A stretch of 64,000 nucleotides of DNA from Candidatus Babeliales bacterium (GTDB lineage Bacteria; Babelota; Babeliae; Babelales; JANWKD01). Positions 58,955 through 64,000 of this stretch are shown here, in pieces; position 1 is the stretch's first letter, and the number at the start of each line of letters is the position of its first letter. The notes beneath the pieces are model-generated. The model was not told the DNA's origin. It saw only the letters and a program-made list of their open reading frames with translations, and did not search any database. The DNA lies in contig CAVRJM010000001.1 of assembly GCA_963722075.1 (NCBI GenBank), positions 1,312,001 through 1,376,000 on the forward strand. The letters are read 5' to 3'. The position numbers and the translations under genes were made by a program.

Positions 58955-60649
58955 GTGATAATTTTATTATTTTTTTCATTTCTTGCTGGTTTAGTAACCG
59001 TTCTTTCACCATGTATTTTACCAATCTTGCCATTACTGCTTGGAAGTGGTATTGGTCAAGGTCCTTATAAGCCGCTCGGGGTGATTATTGGGTTGATTCT
59101 GAGTTTTTCTTTTTTTACTCTCACCTTAACCGCTCTTGTGGAATTGTTTGGTATTTCACCGGACTTATTACGGTATCTAGCTATTTTTATTATGATCTTT
59201 TTTGGCGTTACCTTGCTTTTTCCAAAATTGGAACAATTATTGGTAAAATATTTTTCAAAAATTGGTCAAATGGGAAGTCTTTTGCAACAAAAATCTGCAT
59301 TTGCGGGTACTGGGCTTTTGAGCGGATTGATATTGGGTGTTGCACTTGGCCTGATTTGGACGCCATGTGCAGGGCCAATTTTAGCTGCAATTTCAACGTT
59401 GGCGGCAACCAGAGCGGTAAGATTTAGTACTGTTTTAATCACCTTATTCTATAGTATCGGCGCTGCCTTACCGATGTTTTTAATTGCCTATGGTGGCAGT
59501 AAAATTATTAAATCAACAAGTTTTTTGAGTAAATATGCTGAATCAATTCGAAGATTTTTTGGATTTTTAATGATTATTGCTGCTTTAGCGATTGCATTTC
59601 ATGGAGATATTATTTTACAACAGATTACGCTTAAATATTTTCCATCAGTAATCATCGAAGATAATGCATTAGTAAGAAAAGAACTTGAAAAGATAACAAT
59701 ACAAGATGAAAAGCGTGGTAAGGGTGAGGATGTTAATGAAAAAGTTCCTGAATTTATAGGTATTTCTGGGTGGATTAATTCAATTCCTCTTTCTATAAAT
59801 GCTTTGCGTGGCAAGGTTGTGCTCGTGGATTTTTGGACCTATAGTTGCATAAATTGTATTCGAACTTTACCGTTTTTAAAAAAATGGTATGCGGCTTATA
59901 AAGATAAGAATTTTGTTATTGTTGGGATGCATACACCAGAATTCGCTTTTGAAAAAATTCCTAAAAATGTTGAGGATGCGGTGAAGCGATTTGGTATTGA
60001 ATATCCTGTTGGGCTTGATGGTGATTATAAAACATGGCAAGCATATCATAATCATTATTGGCCAGCTCATTATCTAATTGATCAACAAGGAATAATCAGA
60101 GAACGTTATTTTGGTGAAGGTCATTATGAGGAAACTGAAAATAGAATTCGTGAATTACTTGGGCTTGGTAAAAAGTATGGCCAAAAGCCATCAGAACAGG
60201 TGAAAAAAGGAGAAACACACGAGATCTATCTTGGCTTTGCTCGCGGGAATAACTATCAACCCGGACAAGTAATTAAGAAAAATCAGTTTGCAGATTATTC
60301 ATATCAACATGCACTTGAAGCAGATCATATTGGTCTTAATGGATTGTGGTATGTTGCGCAGGAATATATTCGATCAGAAAGTGAAATGAGTAGAATTGAT
60401 CTTAATTTTATGGCTAATCGTGTTTATATGGTGATGCAATCTGATAGTGCAGCTGTTATTCAGGTAAAGCTTGATAATCAAGATGTACCAGAAAAATATC
60501 GCTCAGTTGATATGAATGAAAAAGGAGAAATTCTTGTGCATGAACCGCGTATGTATGACATTCTTAATCTTCAAGGTTATAATGGCCGCCATACGTTAAG
60601 CATTATTTTGCCTAAAGGGGTATCACTGTATACGTTTACTTTTGGCTAA
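58955..60649 (+). CDS. dipZ: DipZ-type protein (CcdA/DsbD membrane domain, thioredoxin and C-terminal domain)
   Basis: SPCILP, WTPCAGPIL, FWTYSCINC, HTPEF, N.YWPA, FTFG; GTG start after AAGGA. Confidence 0.9.
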   Translation: MIILLFFSFLAGLVTVLSPCILPILPLLLGSGIGQGPYKPLGVIIGLILSFSFFTLTLTALVELFGISPDLLRYLAIFIMIFFGVTLLFPKLEQLLVKYFSKIGQMGSLLQQKSAFAGTGLLSGLILGVALGLIWTPCAGPILAAISTLAATRAVRFSTVLITLFYSIGAALPMFLIAYGGSKIIKSTSFLSKYAESIRRFFGFLMIIAALAIAFHGDIILQQITLKYFPSVIIEDNALVRKELEKITIQDEKRGKGEDVNEKVPEFIGISGWINSIPLSINALRGKVVLVDFWTYSCINCIRTLPFLKKWYAAYKDKNFVIVGMHTPEFAFEKIPKNVEDAVKRFGIEYPVGLDGDYKTWQAYHNHYWPAHYLIDQQGIIRERYFGEGHYEETENRIRELLGLGKKYGQKPSEQVKKGETHEIYLGFARGNNYQPGQVIKKNQFADYSYQHALEADHIGLNGLWYVAQEYIRSESEMSRIDLNFMANRVYMVMQSDSAAVIQVKLDNQDVPEKYRSVDMNEKGEILVHEPRMYDILNLQGYNGRHTLSIILPKGVSLYTFTFG

Positions 60650-60762
60650 AGAATAAAACACCAAAACTGTTTTTTTGTAAACCTTCGACAGAACCTAGCT
60701 AAATTAATGATGATTTTTTTAGTATAGGGCCATATAGAATTTGATTTAAAAAAGGATTGCAT

Positions 60763-62682
60763 ATGAGCGTAAAAAAAGTGAATTTTTATATTTTATTTTT
60801 TTTAATTACCAACATGTTTTCAATAATAAGATCTGATTTGCAAGATTCTATAAATAGCCTCAAAAATAGCTGGGACGGTGGAAAAAACTTTGTAGAGGGT
60901 ATGGTACGCGGTATAGTAGGTTCAGTAGGGGTTTGCTTTGAAGCTGATTGGTCACATTGCGTATATAGTCCGCGCATATGGAATGATTCACCAGGAGTGA
61001 TTTTTGTAGCTAAACAAGATTTAACTAAAGTGTTAGGTGCTGGATTTTCCGGTGGTTTAACGCGGCAGCAAGCCTTGTGGCCTTATACTGATACGGGAGC
61101 AGGTGATGGATCATGGTGGCATGAAGATTTAAATTTTATTTTGTGGTTATTACGGGCTAAAAATAATGGTGAGGATGAAGGATATTCTCAATATAAAACT
61201 AAAGTAAAAGATTATGCAGCAAAAGGAAGCGTTGTTCCTGGGTTTGGCTCAGCAATTGGTGCATTGGCTGGTAGCATTGTTACCACTGAAGAAATGGAAA
61301 AATATAGTTTTTTTGATAAAAAGCTTTCGCAGAGCCATGGCGATCCCGATAATTGGTATTATTATAGGGCATATACCTACCAAGGACAGCTTAAAGGCGA
61401 ATATTTAGGTATCAAAACAACAACACCTGAATTTAATGGCGTTTTTTATAACAGCTCAAAAGAACCCATTACGCTTGAATTTGCTAAGGATTCACAAAAT
61501 TATAAGGTGTTACTTGAAGCGGGCACCTTTAGCTTGCTTAATTCATCTTCATCAGTAACCAATTCAATTCGGCCTCCTGCCACACAAGAGCGTGCCTTTA
61601 CCTTTTACCAAGCAGACACGGTGATAGCTGCAATGCCAATTCGAGCAGAAGGAATTTGCAATATGCAAGAAGATGCTACTACTAAAAAAATGGTACCGGG
61701 TGCTCCTATGGTGTATACATATGAAATTGCTGATACGCAACAAGGACCGCAAGTTAGTTTGCAAGGGTTAGCTATTGGTAATTACGATCAACCCTTTGAT
61801 ACAACTGATCCTCAAAAAAGTGTGGTGCGTGATATTAATCCAATGCATTGTCATTTTTGGTATCAATCGGCGGCTCAGGCGCAAGCGGCTGCAAAAAGTG
61901 ATCAATTGTACTTAGATATTCCGGTACCATTATGGATTTTTTACAAAACAGCAGACTATAGTTATCAACAAAAGGTTAAACCGGAAGATGTTATTGATTT
62001 TAGTCTTATTCGTCCGCGCTTATCGGAAAAAAATGCCTGGTTATATGTAGTTGGCATCCAAACGACTGATGATACCAAAGCGGTACAGTTTTTAACTCGG
62101 TTAGCTGATGGTGTTATTGGTCAAGATTTAAAGGAACCAGTAACCGCAATAAACAATTTTAATGAAAATATGGTGTTGGTTAAAACATTACCAAATACGC
62201 ATGGGCTTATTGATGATAGCGCCGGCTCAGGAGTTAAGGGGTTTGTATTACTAGCAGATAACGTTACACCGCGCGGTGTTGGATACGGTCCTTTTTATTA
62301 TCAAATTAATCCTTGTATCGTGCAATTAGATCAATTAGCATCACTGCTTAGTTCCTATTTAAATAGTTCTTTATTTGCCAGTGCTGATGCGATGAATCAA
62401 GAAATAAATAAAAAAATTACCCAATGGGTTAAGCTTTATCCAACCGATAATAAGACCGTTGCATCCCAGCTTACTGATTTACTGACACAAAAAGGAATTG
62501 ATCAAATAATTACAAACACGGCAGCGCCACAGCGTACACTCAATGAATATGGTAAACAAGGAGTTACCACCTTAACATCCGGGCCAGTAAGTATTGCCAA
62601 TATACCAACCTTATATCAAGCGGGTTCTAATTTATATGTATACAATTTGGGAGCAGTCCCTGCTGGTTGGCCGAGTAAGTAG
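60763..62682 (+). CDS. Large secreted hypothetical protein
   Basis: About 640-aa ORF, N-terminal hydrophobic segment, glycine-zipper-like GSVVPGFGSAIGALAG. Confidence 0.75.
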   Translation: MSVKKVNFYILFFLITNMFSIIRSDLQDSINSLKNSWDGGKNFVEGMVRGIVGSVGVCFEADWSHCVYSPRIWNDSPGVIFVAKQDLTKVLGAGFSGGLTRQQALWPYTDTGAGDGSWWHEDLNFILWLLRAKNNGEDEGYSQYKTKVKDYAAKGSVVPGFGSAIGALAGSIVTTEEMEKYSFFDKKLSQSHGDPDNWYYYRAYTYQGQLKGEYLGIKTTTPEFNGVFYNSSKEPITLEFAKDSQNYKVLLEAGTFSLLNSSSSVTNSIRPPATQERAFTFYQADTVIAAMPIRAEGICNMQEDATTKKMVPGAPMVYTYEIADTQQGPQVSLQGLAIGNYDQPFDTTDPQKSVVRDINPMHCHFWYQSAAQAQAAAKSDQLYLDIPVPLWIFYKTADYSYQQKVKPEDVIDFSLIRPRLSEKNAWLYVVGIQTTDDTKAVQFLTRLADGVIGQDLKEPVTAINNFNENMVLVKTLPNTHGLIDDSAGSGVKGFVLLADNVTPRGVGYGPFYYQINPCIVQLDQLASLLSSYLNSSLFASADAMNQEINKKITQWVKLYPTDNKTVASQLTDLLTQKGIDQIITNTAAPQRTLNEYGKQGVTTLTSGPVSIANIPTLYQAGSNLYVYNLGAVPAGWPSK

Positions 62683-63474
62683 TTATACTAAACCTTCTTG
62701 TTTTGCTTTTTCATAAAGTTGCATTGCTTCTGTATGTATTTGATAGTGTGCGTTCCAAAATTTTACTATTACTGCTTGTTGTTGGTTCGAAGTTAACTTT
62801 TGGACTACCGGTTTGGAATCTGCTGCATTTGGTAACTCGTCAACGGACATATATTTAAGAATGGTAAAAGGGTCATGGTCAATTTTTTTTAAACAGCTTT
62901 TACACTCCCTATATTGTAATGAGAGGAGTGCTAAAATATGGGGGTACACGTTATCTTTATTTTGAAACATCCACTTATATTCTTTTATTGCTTTTTTATA
63001 AAGTTCTTTAATTTGTGGTATATATTCCTGAGCTTTTAATTGGCAATATTCCTCATATAATGAACGTATTCTTGTTAAAATATTTTTAGAGTGAGCAAAG
63101 TAATCTTTAAGAGCAGAATCAGTTGCATTTGTTTCTAAGAAAGTTAACAAATTGATATATCCTGATGTTCCTTGATGATATGATTGAAAGGCGCAGCCTA
63201 CATTATTGGAATCTTCACGAATACGGTGAATGAACTTCGATATGCTATATAATGCTTTTATAGCCTTTTTTATATTTTCCACCGGCATGCTTTTAGCATG
63301 TGAGGCAAGAAAATCTATTTCAAAATAAGCGAGTTCAGTTAGTAATCTCACTGTTCTATCACTATATATTAATAATTGTGGCTTGCTGGAAGGCTGCTTA
63401 GGATCTTCCATGCTATAAGCAAAAAAGATAGCAGAAAAAAAGAATAAGCTAGCAGTTTTTATTTTATAATTCAT
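62683..63474 (-). CDS. Secreted alpha-helical hypothetical protein
   Basis: Signal peptide ...AYS followed by MED. Confidence 0.75.
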   Translation of the reverse strand: MNYKIKTASLFFFSAIFFAYSMEDPKQPSSKPQLLIYSDRTVRLLTELAYFEIDFLASHAKSMPVENIKKAIKALYSISKFIHRIREDSNNVGCAFQSYHQGTSGYINLLTFLETNATDSALKDYFAHSKNILTRIRSLYEEYCQLKAQEYIPQIKELYKKAIKEYKWMFQNKDNVYPHILALLSLQYRECKSCLKKIDHDPFTILKYMSVDELPNAADSKPVVQKLTSNQQQAVIVKFWNAHYQIHTEAMQLYEKAKQEGLV

Positions 63475-63527
63475 AATAAAGTCCCTATTAAACGTTTTTG
63501 ATTTTGTAGAAAGTGTTTTCTATATTT

Positions 63528-64000
63528 CTAATTATCGGTAGAAGAAAGGAGCCCCTCTAGCTCTGCTCTTTTCCTTAAGGTATCGACCTTATCGGATATT
63601 TTTTTTGCTTTTTCAGCATATTTTACCAATGAATTTTTGCGCTTTTCTTCTTTAAATTTAATAATTAATTCTTTACCAAAAGTAGTAAGTATAGAATCGG
63701 GATTGCAAATGGGAAATTTTTCCAAGACTTCTATAGATTTTTCAGAATCTCTTGTTACGATTGCCAAGAGATTCTTACATTCTTGATTTATTTTTGTAAT
63801 ATGCCAATCCACAATGGTGTTAGTGGCTTTTTTAGTGTTAAAATGACGTTCAATCCGTTCCAGCAGTGATTTAACTTCAGGAGCATAGCTTAACGATTTA
63901 AGCGCTCGATACTTCTCATATTGTGTATGTAATTGAAGTAAGAAAGCCTCGTGTTGAGAAAAATATTGTATTACCCAGGTGTTTTCTGAGGATTTTTCTT
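63528..64000 (-). CDS. Hypothetical protein, 5' partial; paralog of 62683-63474
   Basis: Frame open to the window edge; YFSQHEAFLLQLHTQYEKYRALKSLSYAPEVKSL aligns with YFAHSKNILTRIRSLYEEYCQLKAQEYIPQIKEL; both end near (A)xxEGL. Confidence 0.7.
   Translation of the reverse strand, partial: EKSSENTWVIQYFSQHEAFLLQLHTQYEKYRALKSLSYAPEVKSLLERIERHFNTKKATNTIVDWHITKINQECKNLLAIVTRDSEKSIEVLEKFPICNPDSILTTFGKELIIKFKEEKRKNSLVKYAEKAKKISDKVDTLRKRAELEGLLSSTDN

Noticed and set aside
1058..61764. Many 60-110 aa ORFs antisense to or nested in long genes
   Set aside because: They overlap well-supported CDSs and show no motifs or RBS

Overview
AT-rich bacterial chromosome segment. Gene content and the many signal-peptide-bearing, eukaryote-like hypothetical proteins suggest a protist-infecting intracellular bacterium, most likely Candidatus Dependentiae/Babelota (TM6); this is an inference. 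Housekeeping genes include an ABC-F ATPase, ddpX/vanX, alr, mraY, mnmG, lgt-dnaG-rpoD (rpoD split by a 1-nt indel), uppS, gpsA, a class A PBP, DipZ and the RNase P RNA. Main observations: (1) About ten intergenic clusters of a structure-conserved palindromic repeat (GTCRT-NNN-GAG-hairpin-CGNR-N'N'N'-ATCCAG, covarying stems). One inverted pair tightly brackets a decayed stand-alone GIY-YIG nuclease gene (49593-49861) missed by the ORF track, a layout like REP/RAYT but with a GIY-YIG enzyme. (2) A second hairpin family is nested inside the first. (3) Thirteen putative effectors have a signal peptide ending just before a Met. Among them are two with mitochondrial-presequence-like segments, two F-box-like proteins and a tandem trio of Skp1/BTB-like proteins, two of them with WD40 repeats. 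No CRISPR array, tRNA or rRNA was seen.
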